From positions 32,001 to 96,000 of IMG/VR virus record IMGVR_UViG_3300026097_000010: DNA of 64,000 nt. One strand, given 5' to 3'. The DNA comes from a virus. Every line of letters begins with the position of its first letter. The stretch's first letter is position 1. The notes below the pieces were generated by a model that saw only the letters and a list, made by a program, of their open reading frames with translations, was not told where the DNA came from and made no database searches. The translations under genes were made by a program, and so were the position numbers. Positions 46,293 through 56,111 of the stretch are shown piece after piece.

Positions 46293-46730
46293 TTACTTCT
46301 GTACGTCGATATTTGCTATAGTGAATCCGTCGCCTAAAATTGAATTATCTTTTCCTGGATTTTCCGATAACTGGTAAGTTAGATGAATCATATTGCTAGG
46401 GTCATCATCTGGCTGGCAACTAACCGTTCTGTTATGCAACTTAGTTACATAGTAAACAGCAGAGTCATTTAATGCTCCGTCTGCATCATCGTCAATTGTT
46501 ACAGCAATGCAAAATTCACCAACTCCCGGAGTTGCTTTTCCTACCAGTGAAAGTTTTTCACTGTTTTCACTATTTTTTACAATAAATTGAAGAGAGCTTC
46601 GTTGGCGATCAATGTAAAGAGGATCAGCAATGTCTCCTGATATTACTCCTCCGGTACTAAATCTTGCTGAAGTTACTTCGATTTTAGCCGTACCTTGACC
46701 AATTTTTCTTTCTTGAATAGGGCGTCCCAT
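46293..46730 (-). CDS. hypothetical virion protein
   Basis: 145 aa (MGRPI...), first gene after the capsid terminator, strong AAGGAG SD. Confidence 0.65.
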   Translation of the reverse strand: MGRPIQERKIGQGTAKIEVTSARFSTGGVISGDIADPLYIDRQRSSLQFIVKNSENSEKLSLVGKATPGVGEFCIAVTIDDDADGALNDSAVYYVTKLHNRTVSCQPDDDPSNMIHLTYQLSENPGKDNSILGDGFTIANIDVQK

Positions 46731-46744
46731 TTGTTTTCTCCTTT

Positions 46745-46835
46745 TTTAGAAGTCCGATGCAGGTTCTAGCTGCTACGCTGTGGGTACAGCATAAGTCCAC
46801 CTTTTAGGGGCACACTATCTGACAAAAGTATTTAT
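46745..46835 (-). promoter_or_regulatory. late promoter plus structured 5' leader (candidate cis-regulatory RNA)
   Basis: ATAAATA box (46829-46835) followed by a multi-stem junction just before the SD. Confidence 0.5.
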
Positions 46836-46859
46836 CATTATTTTAGATACTATAGTCAT

Positions 46860-46883
46860 AAAAAAAGGCCCCGTAGGGCCTTT
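46860..46883 (-). terminator. intrinsic terminator after major capsid gene
   Basis: AAAGGCCC-N-GGGCCTTT hairpin followed by a T-run on the minus strand. Confidence 0.85.
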
Positions 46884-46905
46884 CGATGTGCATAAAGTAT
46901 AAAAC

Positions 46906-48081
46906 TTATGCGAAGCGTAGGTTTGCAGCTGTAACCGCAACTTTGCCAAGATAATCAGCAGCATTACCAAGAGATGATGCTGTGTTAGTTAGTTCTACAT
47001 AACCATATCTGGTCATGAAGCTAACTACTGGCTCGAAAGTTGACGGATCAAGTACAACACCAGAACTCATTAGAGGAATGTATGGGCAATAGAACGCTGC
47101 CGCATCTGATTCCGAAGTACCTTTGTATCCTACGATAACGTCATCGCTAGTAGCGTAGCCGTTAACATAAACACGCATTGCTGAGTTTAGTGTACCAACA
47201 AACTTGGTGTTAGTTGGAGCTTCGAAAGTACCTTCTGTAGTACGAGCAAACGCACTAGTTGTAGCACTTTGTAGAAGTGTTAGTACTGTTGGTGAAACAA
47301 CAGCCCAGTTACCAGCACCACGACGTGTACGCTGAGCAATCAAGTTACTTACACGGTTGATTTGAACAGCTAATGCAGCATGCTCGTCACCAACGAAAGT
47401 AGCAGTACCTGAAACGGCAGCTTGATCATATGTCAAAGCGGCTGTGCCAGCTAGTGTGCCTAGTGAAGCAAGAATTTCTTGATCAATTTCAGCGGTAATT
47501 TCTTGAGCAAGAGCAGCCATAATTTCTGCTTCTACATCAATACCTTGCTGAGCTTGTGCATCCTGTGCTGATTCGAAAGTCCAACGTGCGCTGAGCTTAC
47601 GAGTTTTAGCTTCTACAGTTTGCTTCAAGATTTGAATTGACATTCTGTTTCCAGCTGTACCTTCTAAAGCTGCTGTACTAGCTGCCTTGTCAGTAGCTGC
47701 AGAACCTGAATATCCTTCTGCAATCTTGAATGGCGAAAGTGCTTCTTCACCTGCTGTTGTATCAGTTCCACTTGCGCTATTGAACGAATCTGAATAACGA
47801 ACACGTAGTGTGTGGATTTGACCAACTGGTCCTGTCATTGGCTGTACACCAACTAATTCATTTGCAATGACCGTAGGCATTACACGTCTGATCACAGGAA
47901 GGATCACACGATTTAGTGTTGCAACGTTACCGGCGGAAGTAGCACCAGCTGTAGCTGACTCTGCGAGATACTTGCGAGTGTTCTCAAGAGTCGTCTCCAT
48001 AACTGAACGCTTGTTACCTTGAAGGCCTTCTAGTAGTGCCCCTTTAGTCTCCGACCAGCGTGACTCGAGTAATTGTGACAT
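46906..48081 (-). CDS. major capsid protein (gp23-like)
   Basis: LPVIRRVMPTVIANELVGVQPMTGP, AKTRKLSARWTFE, AFYCPYIPL, FMTRYG. Start moved to MSQLLES, which follows an AGGAG SD. Confidence 0.97.
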   Translation of the reverse strand: MSQLLESRWSETKGALLEGLQGNKRSVMETTLENTRKYLAESATAGATSAGNVATLNRVILPVIRRVMPTVIANELVGVQPMTGPVGQIHTLRVRYSDSFNSASGTDTTAGEEALSPFKIAEGYSGSAATDKAASTAALEGTAGNRMSIQILKQTVEAKTRKLSARWTFESAQDAQAQQGIDVEAEIMAALAQEITAEIDQEILASLGTLAGTAALTYDQAAVSGTATFVGDEHAALAVQINRVSNLIAQRTRRGAGNWAVVSPTVLTLLQSATTSAFARTTEGTFEAPTNTKFVGTLNSAMRVYVNGYATSDDVIVGYKGTSESDAAAFYCPYIPLMSSGVVLDPSTFEPVVSFMTRYGYVELTNTASSLGNAADYLGKVAVTAANLRFA

Positions 48082-48094
48082 TATAGTTCTCCTA

Positions 48095-49183
48095 TTATAG
48101 TCCCGCAAGCCTGCGGATGTCAAAAATTTCTGCACCTTTCGATTCGGTGCTAGCTGTTTGTGCCTGTTCTTTATTGCCTGTTACTTCTTTCGCCTCGGTT
48201 AACGCTTTCTTAGTGGGTCTTCCTCCGTCCATAACGGCTGGAAGATACTTGTCAAAAGCTTTTTGTAGTTTGTCAGTTTGAACTGATTCAAGAAGTTCAT
48301 TCATTACTTCGCGCTTGTCTTTGCCAAGCGGTCCTAGTAACTCATTCATTACTTCAGCTCTCTGTTGAGATTCAGTAATTTTCTTGATTTCGCTCTCACG
48401 ACTTTCTACTTCTTGTTTAGCTTCAGCAACAATTTGCGCCGCTTCTTCGAGTTCTTGCTGTTTCTGCTGAACAACTTTTAGTAGTTTAGCAGTTTCGCTT
48501 TTCTCGTTGAGGTGACTTGTTGCATATTCGCTAGCAAAACTTTCAAAGATCCTACGACCAAAGTCATTTCTGCGTGCTGCTTCAATGTCTTCTTTCAGTT
48601 GAGTCATTTCAGTACGCAATCCTGTTGAGATTGTGTTTTCGATAACTTTAACTGAACGCTTGAGAAATTCTTTTTTAACTGATTCAAACTTGTCTCTGCT
48701 TTCTTTAACTAGGCGTACCTTAGTTTCTGCTAGGTCTTGTTTGTCAACGTGGAATTCTGCGATTTCTTTCGCTAGTGCATCCACAATAAAAGATTCTAAT
48801 TTAGCTACATTGTTTGCAACTGCCTTTCGATCTTCGTGTAGTTCAGCAAGCTCTTTCTTCAAATTTTGAAGAACAAATGATTCCATTGTTACAGAATCGT
48901 TTTTCATTTTTTGAATATATTTTGCTCTTGCTTCGATTAATCCCTGACGGTCTTCTGCAAATTCACCTAGCTCTGCCTGGAGGCGGTCTGCTAGCATGTC
49001 TTCAACAGCTTCAACCATTGCTGATTTATCGTGCTCGTATTTTTGAGCAAACTCTTCACGAAGTTCTTGAGTGACTAGTTCGCGGTTTTCTTGAATCTTG
49101 CTTTGCCAAGCTGACTCAATTTCCGATTTCATTTCTTCGGAAATCACATCATTTTCTAACAATTGTTGTACAAAATCTTGCAT
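48095..49183 (-). CDS. prohead core scaffolding protein (gp22-like)
   Basis: Coiled-coil, E/K-rich, located between protease and capsid genes. Confidence 0.8.
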   Translation of the reverse strand: MQDFVQQLLENDVISEEMKSEIESAWQSKIQENRELVTQELREEFAQKYEHDKSAMVEAVEDMLADRLQAELGEFAEDRQGLIEARAKYIQKMKNDSVTMESFVLQNLKKELAELHEDRKAVANNVAKLESFIVDALAKEIAEFHVDKQDLAETKVRLVKESRDKFESVKKEFLKRSVKVIENTISTGLRTEMTQLKEDIEAARRNDFGRRIFESFASEYATSHLNEKSETAKLLKVVQQKQQELEEAAQIVAEAKQEVESRESEIKKITESQQRAEVMNELLGPLGKDKREVMNELLESVQTDKLQKAFDKYLPAVMDGGRPTKKALTEAKEVTGNKEQAQTASTESKGAEIFDIRRLAGL

Positions 49184-49193
49184 GTGATTCTCC

Positions 49194-49823
49194 TTATTTG
49201 AGTCCTGAAATGATTGTTTTCAGGCTCTCTGCAATATATTGTTGTGCCTTTGGATCGCCTTGCACTTCTTTCGAAGTTAAAATTGCCTTGTATCCACCTG
49301 TTTGATTCATTAGGTGTTCGTAAACCGGTGTAGGATAAGCTCCCGGAGCAGAAGGTTGGGCAACAATGTCTACAGTAATAATTTCAAAACCTTGAACATT
49401 ACCGCTGCTGTCAACTTCTCCGCTTCCTCTTGAGCTTACGCCTAGTTTTACTCCCGACTCCAGCATGGTCTGTATTAGTTGTCCCATTGGAGTTGGAAGT
49501 ATTTTTAGTTTTCCGTAGCCATTTGGACCGTCCATCCACATTTTAGTAATCATGTGACTAACACGGTCCAAATTGATCTTTAAATCCTCAGGGTGATCAA
49601 CTTCGCCGCAGACTGAATAACCACCAGCGATCTGTTCATTGAGCGTTTCAACAGCCCTGCCGATTTCTTTAGAAGAATATACACGCTGGTTCTGATTTCG
49701 GATATCACCCTGAATACAGATGCCATTCATGTAAAGTGACTTTTGATCACCTTCTTCGGATCGCTCCAGTACAATCTTTGCCTGGTCGAAACTCAAATGT
49801 TCTGCGAGAACGTTTCTCACCAT
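49194..49823 (-). CDS. prohead protease (gp21-like)
   Basis: NQNQRVY, GEVDHP, VSHMI, LPTPMG, LGVSSRGSG, DIVAQPSAPGAY. Confidence 0.95.
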   Translation of the reverse strand: MVRNVLAEHLSFDQAKIVLERSEEGDQKSLYMNGICIQGDIRNQNQRVYSSKEIGRAVETLNEQIAGGYSVCGEVDHPEDLKINLDRVSHMITKMWMDGPNGYGKLKILPTPMGQLIQTMLESGVKLGVSSRGSGEVDSSGNVQGFEIITVDIVAQPSAPGAYPTPVYEHLMNQTGGYKAILTSKEVQGDPKAQQYIAESLKTIISGLK

Positions 49824-49830
49824 CTACTCC

Positions 49831-50709
49831 TTAAGATCTTTTGCCACGGAAAAGACTGCCGGTGTTATCGGCGCCGCTTTCGCTATTTGCCGCTCCACCT
49901 GATACTTTTGACATGCTCTTAGAAGCTTTGCCACCTGGCTTATTAACGTTGCCCATGTCATCTTCTTTTGGCTTGTCTGCTGTACGACCTTTTTCATCTG
50001 TCTTATCGCTTAAGATGTTTGCAGTAGTACCGCCCATGTCATTTTTCATATTGTCAACGACTGATTTAGTGTTTACGTTACTAACCGAAGTACCGTGGCT
50101 AGATCCAGCAACACCTTTACCTTCGTCGCCGCCTTTTGCGTTTTCGTAAGCACCAATTTTCTCAACATATTCACGAACAGTAGCAAGTTCAGCGTCGAAG
50201 TTATCTTTCATTTCTTCATCTTCGTCTCCCATGTCCATGTCGTCTTCGTCGCCCATGTCCATTTCTTCGCTGTCGTCTCCGCCTTTTAGTTCGTCAAACT
50301 TGGCTTGTAATTCATCGACAATGTCTTCTAGATCTTGGAAAAGTTCTTCTTCGTCAGCATCGCCCATATCTTCTTCGTCGTCCATGTCCATTTCGTCGTC
50401 AGACTCAATGTCACCAACTAAATCGTCAGTTTCGTCGCCGCCCATCATGTCTTCTTCGTCATCATCGGCTTCAATTACGTCATCGTCGAACAAGTCTTCT
50501 GAAACTTCTTCATCATCTTCGTCTTCTTCAGTAGACTCATCTACTTCTTCTTCATCTTCGTCTTCATCATCCATTTCTTCTTCAATGAGTGATTCGTAAA
50601 TTTCACGAGACTTAGCTACCACATACTCGTGGAATAGCTCTTCGGCTTTGTCTTGCTCATCGTTTACAAGATGCTCAAGCATTTGTTCTAGCGTTTCTTT
50701 TTGTGCCAT
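49831..50709 (-). CDS. very acidic prohead core-like protein
   Basis: Long D/E tracts, located between portal and protease where T4 has small acidic core proteins. Confidence 0.6.
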   Translation of the reverse strand: MAQKETLEQMLEHLVNDEQDKAEELFHEYVVAKSREIYESLIEEEMDDEDEDEEEVDESTEEDEDDEEVSEDLFDDDVIEADDDEEDMMGGDETDDLVGDIESDDEMDMDDEEDMGDADEEELFQDLEDIVDELQAKFDELKGGDDSEEMDMGDEDDMDMGDEDEEMKDNFDAELATVREYVEKIGAYENAKGGDEGKGVAGSSHGTSVSNVNTKSVVDNMKNDMGGTTANILSDKTDEKGRTADKPKEDDMGNVNKPGGKASKSMSKVSGGAANSESGADNTGSLFRGKRS

Positions 50710-50772
50710 GATATATTCTCCTATCGTGATAAGGCTGTCATTACTATTTACATTATAGTTACAAAACTATGG

Positions 50773-51429
50773 TTAAATGGTAGTTTTTTGAGTCATTTGG
50801 TTTGTATATATAGTGTCTCCAAAAGTTTTACCTAACTCTTCGTAGGTGATATGCTTTAAATTTTGAAGTTGTGGACCTAATTTATCAGGAATAAATGCAT
50901 TTGATTCGATAACCCTATAAAAATTAATTTTTTTGAATTCTTTTATGGTTCTCTCGGTTTGGTTTAGCCAATTACCAAAAAATGTTGCCGAATCTGCTGA
51001 TTTTTTATAGTTAAACGTGTCTGCATACACATTGTTAAACTTGCCATTATCTCCTTGAAAATCAAATCCAAAGAAATAAATTTCACGATGCCCGTTGCTG
51101 GATGCAAAATGTAGAGCAGTAGGTCCGCTACTCCATCCTTTGTGCGGAGAAAATAAGTTTATTCCGTTTTTTGTAGTTAAACCTTTGTTAGGATTGGTCC
51201 ATACTTGATTATTTTTGTGATAGCCGCTAGCAATAATTTCATTAACCATCTTTACATCAACAGCTACGAGATAATGCGGTTCAAATTCTCGGTACTGTGC
51301 ATTACACCCATAAACAGTTCCGAGATTTAAAAAAGAATCAAGCTTTACATTAAGCCTGCTTCTTCCATTTCCAAAAATAAATGCTATATCTTGATTTCTA
51401 TTCTTGTGGTGCTTCAACTGGGTTACCAT
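50773..51429 (-). CDS. putative Maf/MptE-like (sialyltransferase-type Rossmann) glycosyltransferase-related protein
   Basis: FIFGNGRSR, YGCN, YLVAVD, SSGPTAL, IYFFGFD. Confidence 0.55.
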   Translation of the reverse strand: MVTQLKHHKNRNQDIAFIFGNGRSRLNVKLDSFLNLGTVYGCNAQYREFEPHYLVAVDVKMVNEIIASGYHKNNQVWTNPNKGLTTKNGINLFSPHKGWSSGPTALHFASSNGHREIYFFGFDFQGDNGKFNNVYADTFNYKKSADSATFFGNWLNQTERTIKEFKKINFYRVIESNAFIPDKLGPQLQNLKHITYEELGKTFGDTIYTNQMTQKTTI

Positions 51430-51640
51430 ACATCTGTTTAATAAACTCCAGCTCAGATTCTTTTTCTGCTTCGTGTGCTTCAGATTGTAAACGCATCTGA
51501 TTGATTTGTTTAAGGGTTAGACGAATTTTTCTTGTGTCAGAACGCTTGAGAACCGAGCTGTCACGCTTGTTATCATATCTGCGATCGACCGCAAAGTCGT
51601 TTACGTCACTGTTAAAATATAAAAATTCGTTTAAAAGCAT
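51398..51640 (-). CDS. small hypothetical protein
   Basis: 80 aa (MLLNEF...RLTLKQINQMR...QMYG), preceded by a late box. Confidence 0.7.
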   Translation of the reverse strand: MLLNEFLYFNSDVNDFAVDRRYDNKRDSSVLKRSDTRKIRLTLKQINQMRLQSEAHEAEKESELEFIKQMYGNPVEAPQE

Positions 51641-51651
51641 AGTTGTATTTA

Positions 51652-53373
51652 TTACGCTGGAGGTTCTTCTGGTGGTGCGGCTTCGCCACCTTCTGCAGGT
51701 GCGGCTCCGCCTTCTTCTGCTGGCGGTGCTTCCATTCCTTCCGGAGCTTCTGCGTCAATTGCACCAGCTTCGTCTGCCATTCCTCCAGCTGTAATTCCTG
51801 CTGATCGCATTTCACCGGCAGCATCAGGTGCTGGAGTTAGATTGTTTCCGTTTTCTTCTTTCCACAATCTTTCATTTTCTGCAATTTCTTCTGGGGTTAG
51901 CCCTAAGAAACGCTTCATAGCAAAACGTTTGGAAAGATAAGGAACTTGAGATATCGCACCATAAAGGTTAGCACGAGTAGTATCAAGTTCAGCCTGTCGA
52001 TATGCCGCAAAGTTTTGCGGCGGATTAAACTTCAGTTCGAACAAACTAGGATCAATATTGTATCCGCTTGTGTGCAACCAAAGTTTAAACTCTTGATCCA
52101 ACGGTTCTATAAGCATACTCTGAAGTCTCTTACAGTATTCGTTGAATCTTAATTCTTGAATATATGCTGTGCCAACCTTGCCATCTGCTACTGTGTTAGG
52201 CTGTTCGTCAATTGCGGTTGGCAAATAACTTGCAGGAATACGCAGGGCACGGAATAATTTGTTTGTGAAATATCTTAGATCGGTAATTTCACCTAGGTTA
52301 GTACCACCTGGAAGTGTTTCTACTTTAGATCCTCTGCCTTCTGCTGTCTGCGGAAAGAAATAATCTTCATTTGTTGAAAGAGGATTGTAGCTAGCATCAA
52401 CAATTGAGTTGCCGCCACCAGTTGAACTTGGAATTCTACGCTGTTGAATCTCATTTTTTACCCTTTCAACAAAACTCATTGCCATATGTGCTGGCATATT
52501 ACCAACATCCACATAGAAAATACGTCTTTCTGGGGCTCTCTGAATACGATAAATGATAATTGCGTCTTCTAACAGTTCTTTTTGCTTGTAAACTTTAAAA
52601 ACTGATTCTAAAAGTGAATTTCCAAAAGGATAATTGTTGTCTAGACCTTCGGAAATTGAAATATGCAATACGTGTTCTGCGTCAACGGTGGTTTCATCTT
52701 GTTCAGTTTGAAATCTTGTACCTGGAGATCTTGCAGCATCACCCACATAGCCTCTGCCGAAGCCTCCACCGCTAGTATACGAACTAGTTCCACTAGGCTG
52801 TGTGTTCTGTGTACCGTGCGGAGTAGTTGCTAACAGATCTTTGAAGTTAAAATTAATATCTTTGACTACATACTGTTCAGGAATCTTGCCTTCTGATTCG
52901 TTGACAATAATTTTCGATACTTTGGCCGCATCAACAAACAGCAATTTTTTAGTTTCGGGGTCTCTTACAAAGAAAGTGTCTCCGTATTTGAATGCATTTC
53001 TAACAATACGAAAAATTCTGTTTTCTAATTGCTGTAATTTAACCCATTTTTGCAAAGCTTCTTTTAGAAGTTTGGTTTCGGTGTTAGTAGGCTGTCCTCT
53101 AAAAAAGAATTGAAACGGTGTTGCGTTTTCTGTGTCTTTTTGTGTGCAGAATTCAGCAAGAATATCAAGAGCCGCATTAACTTCCGAGTCCATATCCATT
53201 GTGTCATACTGAATATAGCGTTCTGTTCTGTTTGGAGCACCCGCATATACATCTGGTAGGTACGAACTGTAGTTTGATCTAGCCGGACCTGGTCTGCCGT
53301 TACCGCCCAATGGGCTGTAGGTTCCGTCTTGATTGTCAACGTTGACGGGAGTAAAATATTTTTTCCAAGACAT
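51652..53373 (-). CDS. portal protein (gp20-like)
   Basis: LLEDAIIIYRIQRAPERRIFYVDVGNMP, EDYFFP, GSKVETLPGG, YFTNKLFRALRIP, ELRF. Confidence 0.97.
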   Translation of the reverse strand: MSWKKYFTPVNVDNQDGTYSPLGGNGRPGPARSNYSSYLPDVYAGAPNRTERYIQYDTMDMDSEVNAALDILAEFCTQKDTENATPFQFFFRGQPTNTETKLLKEALQKWVKLQQLENRIFRIVRNAFKYGDTFFVRDPETKKLLFVDAAKVSKIIVNESEGKIPEQYVVKDINFNFKDLLATTPHGTQNTQPSGTSSYTSGGGFGRGYVGDAARSPGTRFQTEQDETTVDAEHVLHISISEGLDNNYPFGNSLLESVFKVYKQKELLEDAIIIYRIQRAPERRIFYVDVGNMPAHMAMSFVERVKNEIQQRRIPSSTGGGNSIVDASYNPLSTNEDYFFPQTAEGRGSKVETLPGGTNLGEITDLRYFTNKLFRALRIPASYLPTAIDEQPNTVADGKVGTAYIQELRFNEYCKRLQSMLIEPLDQEFKLWLHTSGYNIDPSLFELKFNPPQNFAAYRQAELDTTRANLYGAISQVPYLSKRFAMKRFLGLTPEEIAENERLWKEENGNNLTPAPDAAGEMRSAGITAGGMADEAGAIDAEAPEGMEAPPAEEGGAAPAEGGEAAPPEEPPA

Positions 53374-53385
53374 ATATTTCTCTGT

Positions 53386-56043
53386 TTACACTGACTGGAA
53401 TAAATCGCCAGTCATTCCTCTTACTGCTCTTAATTGATCTTCTTGTAGCCTATTATTAATTGCCATTAATCTTATCAGCTGATTAATGTTAGTATTTAAT
53501 TGATCTGATGCAGAACTTCCTCCAGACTGAGCAACTGTTTCTGCCGCTGTTTCGGCTGCCTGCTTAGTAGAATCCGCATCTGCCATTTCTTGTTCTTGAG
53601 TAATAGCACTGTCTCTTCCTGCGTCAACACTAGCAACACTTGATCTTTTATCTTTAATAGCTCCTTGTGGATTTAACGCCAGTTGCTTTTGCTCTTCGTC
53701 TGTTAATTTATCTTTAACGAAGCCACTGCCTTGTGCTGTAGCTTCGTCGAGTAGTGTCTGCAATGGATCTGAATAGTCTCGCTTGGTACCGGTCACAGCT
53801 TTGGCAATTTTTTCTTCTTCTCGCTGATTCATTTTAAGCCCAGCGAGTCTGTCTTCCATTGTTTTTGTAGTTTTGTGTTGTTGATGTATTCTTGCTTCGT
53901 CCTCAGCTTGTGCAACTTTGGCAGCAATTTTCTTTAACTGAATCTGTTCATCTTCGACAGCTTCTGTTTTGTTACGCATCCTTTCTTTCGTAGCTAAATC
54001 TCTTCGTCTAGCGGCTGCTTCTTCTTCGCTTAAACCTGCGGCACCGAATGTAATTGTGTTTATTGCCTCGCCTAGGTCAATCATTAGTCGTTCGTACCCA
54101 GTAGCTAGATAATTAAAGAAATCGTCAAATCCATCTTTTATACTGGCAATTAGATAATGAAATCCTTCTTTACTGATGTAGGTTCTTAGTGTATCCCAAG
54201 TTGTGCTAATTGCATCTCCTAGTCCTTTGAATACACCGCTTAAAAATTCTGAATTTGCAATAAAACCAGTGACCATATCTATAAGACCGATAAATCCACC
54301 GATGGCAAATTTAACAACTTCGCCTAAAAATTCAAATGCACCGCTAACATAGTCCCCTACTTCGAGTAATTTCCTGCCTAAAAAGTCTGCTCCGCCGAAC
54401 AAATCTAGTATTTTCAAATACAAAGACTGGAACGGCTCTATTAAACTTAAAGAAGTAGTGACTACACTTTCAAAAACGTTTCTTAGAGCAAGCACTGTTG
54501 CTTCTAGCATTGGCCAAATTGCACTGGCAAAGTTCATTATGCCGTCGCTAACACGCTGAAATGCCGGAACAAAAAGATCTCGGAACATCGGAACAATAAG
54601 AGTTTGAACTACTGTCGCCATCATTCCAAACATATCCATAAGATGTGGAATTAATCCACTGGTTGCTAGAACTTCTTTGAATCCGTTTGAAAATTCTGCT
54701 AGCTGTTGTTTAGCGGCATTAATTTGTTCATTAAATCCATCAGTGCCAGCTTTTGCAGCTCCTTGTGCATTAGCGGCATCTAACACAGCATCTCTCTGTA
54801 GCCTTGATGTGGCAGTTAATGAATTGACCACGCCTGCTAATTCTGGAACGGCAGCACCAGCAGTTTTAATCCTTTGTAGATTTCTTGCACCTTCCTGTTG
54901 CATTAGATTATTAAGAGCATTTCTTTCTTGATCTGAAATCTTTTCTCCTCTCTGCATTCTAGAGTGAAAATCTTGCAACATGGCTGCGGATTCTGGCATT
55001 TGAGCCATTAATTTTTGACTTTCTTCCGAAGTTGCTGTTCCTGTTGCTAAAATATCTTTTGCAAAATCACCTAACTCTTGTGTAGGCATTTGTCCTATCA
55101 AATTACCAAAACTTTTTCTAACATCTTCGTTAAGTCCGGCCATTGACGCTTGGAACTGTGCATCTTTAAGTAATCTTTCACGTTCTGCTTCTTTAGCCTT
55201 GCGTTCTTGTCCTGTAATTTTAGCAAGAGCATCCATTTCTTTTAGATAATCCTGTGTTCCTGACACAAGCTCATCATTATTTTTTGTGTTTTGCATACCT
55301 TGTAATCTAAGATTACGGGCATAATTTGCAAGGCCTTCATTGATTGATTCGGTTGAAAACCCTAGAGCATACAGACCGTCTGAACTGGTTCTTAAAGATC
55401 TAGACAGAGTAGCAAATCTTCTTGCACCTTCAGTGGTAGTGCTTCCTAGGGCAACCATTGCTTCACCGTTTTGTGCAATTAGTCCTGCAAACGCATCTAG
55501 AGTCATACCAGCGGCTGATGCACTTCGTGTCATCTCACTTACACTACCGCCAAAATCTGCACCACTAGCTGTTGCTTGTTGGAAATTCTGAGCCATTGCT
55601 TCAGCTTGTCCGGCTACCGCACCGAACACCGTAGCCAATACACCGCCTACTATAGGAATATGATTAAGTGTTTGAGCGGCAGATGTCAAACTATCACCTA
55701 CATTGGCAAATTCGTCGATAACTTTTGTTGATTCTTCTGCTAATCTAGTAAATCCGCCAACTACATATCCGGCACCGGCAGCAACTAAACCTAAACCTTT
55801 ACCTACCACTCCAACAGTGCCAGATAATCCGCTTAGTGCTTTAGATGCCGCGTTAGCCGTTCCTCCAGAACCGCCGATGGCACCAATACCTCCGCCGCCG
55901 CCAGCTCCGCCTCCGCCAGCTCCGCCGCCACCGGCTCCACTACCTTTCATTAGGGTTACTAGTTCTCTGAGAGTAGATTCAGATGCGGCATTATTTGCTT
56001 CAACTGCACCAACGCCTGGAATATCTACGGTTACTGTTGCCAT
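53386..56043 (-). CDS. probable tape measure protein
   Basis: 885 aa, Ala/Gly-rich amphipathic helical composition, adjacent to the gp26/gp51-like pair. Confidence 0.65.
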   Translation of the reverse strand: MATVTVDIPGVGAVEANNAASESTLRELVTLMKGSGAGGGGAGGGGAGGGGGIGAIGGSGGTANAASKALSGLSGTVGVVGKGLGLVAAGAGYVVGGFTRLAEESTKVIDEFANVGDSLTSAAQTLNHIPIVGGVLATVFGAVAGQAEAMAQNFQQATASGADFGGSVSEMTRSASAAGMTLDAFAGLIAQNGEAMVALGSTTTEGARRFATLSRSLRTSSDGLYALGFSTESINEGLANYARNLRLQGMQNTKNNDELVSGTQDYLKEMDALAKITGQERKAKEAERERLLKDAQFQASMAGLNEDVRKSFGNLIGQMPTQELGDFAKDILATGTATSEESQKLMAQMPESAAMLQDFHSRMQRGEKISDQERNALNNLMQQEGARNLQRIKTAGAAVPELAGVVNSLTATSRLQRDAVLDAANAQGAAKAGTDGFNEQINAAKQQLAEFSNGFKEVLATSGLIPHLMDMFGMMATVVQTLIVPMFRDLFVPAFQRVSDGIMNFASAIWPMLEATVLALRNVFESVVTTSLSLIEPFQSLYLKILDLFGGADFLGRKLLEVGDYVSGAFEFLGEVVKFAIGGFIGLIDMVTGFIANSEFLSGVFKGLGDAISTTWDTLRTYISKEGFHYLIASIKDGFDDFFNYLATGYERLMIDLGEAINTITFGAAGLSEEEAAARRRDLATKERMRNKTEAVEDEQIQLKKIAAKVAQAEDEARIHQQHKTTKTMEDRLAGLKMNQREEEKIAKAVTGTKRDYSDPLQTLLDEATAQGSGFVKDKLTDEEQKQLALNPQGAIKDKRSSVASVDAGRDSAITQEQEMADADSTKQAAETAAETVAQSGGSSASDQLNTNINQLIRLMAINNRLQEDQLRAVRGMTGDLFQSV

Positions 56044-56069
56044 TAATTAAAATCCTAGAAATATGCGTA

Positions 56070-56100
56070 TATAAATATACTGAGTTCGTAATGTATTTAT
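56070..56100. promoter_or_regulatory. face-to-face late promoters
   Basis: TATAAATA (+, 56070-56077) and ATAAATA (-, 56094-56100). Confidence 0.65.
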
Positions 56101-56111
56101 TGGAGAAAAAG

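Noticed and set aside
48082-48135. Longer N-termini given by the ORF track (capsid; also terL, gp13-like, gp26-like, Nudix-like)
   Set aside because: Extensions overlap upstream genes, promoters or terminators. Downstream ATGs have an SD or the late box at the recurrent spacing.
50095-50599. Ser-rich + strand ORFs
   Set aside because: Antisense shadow of the D/E-rich protein codons.
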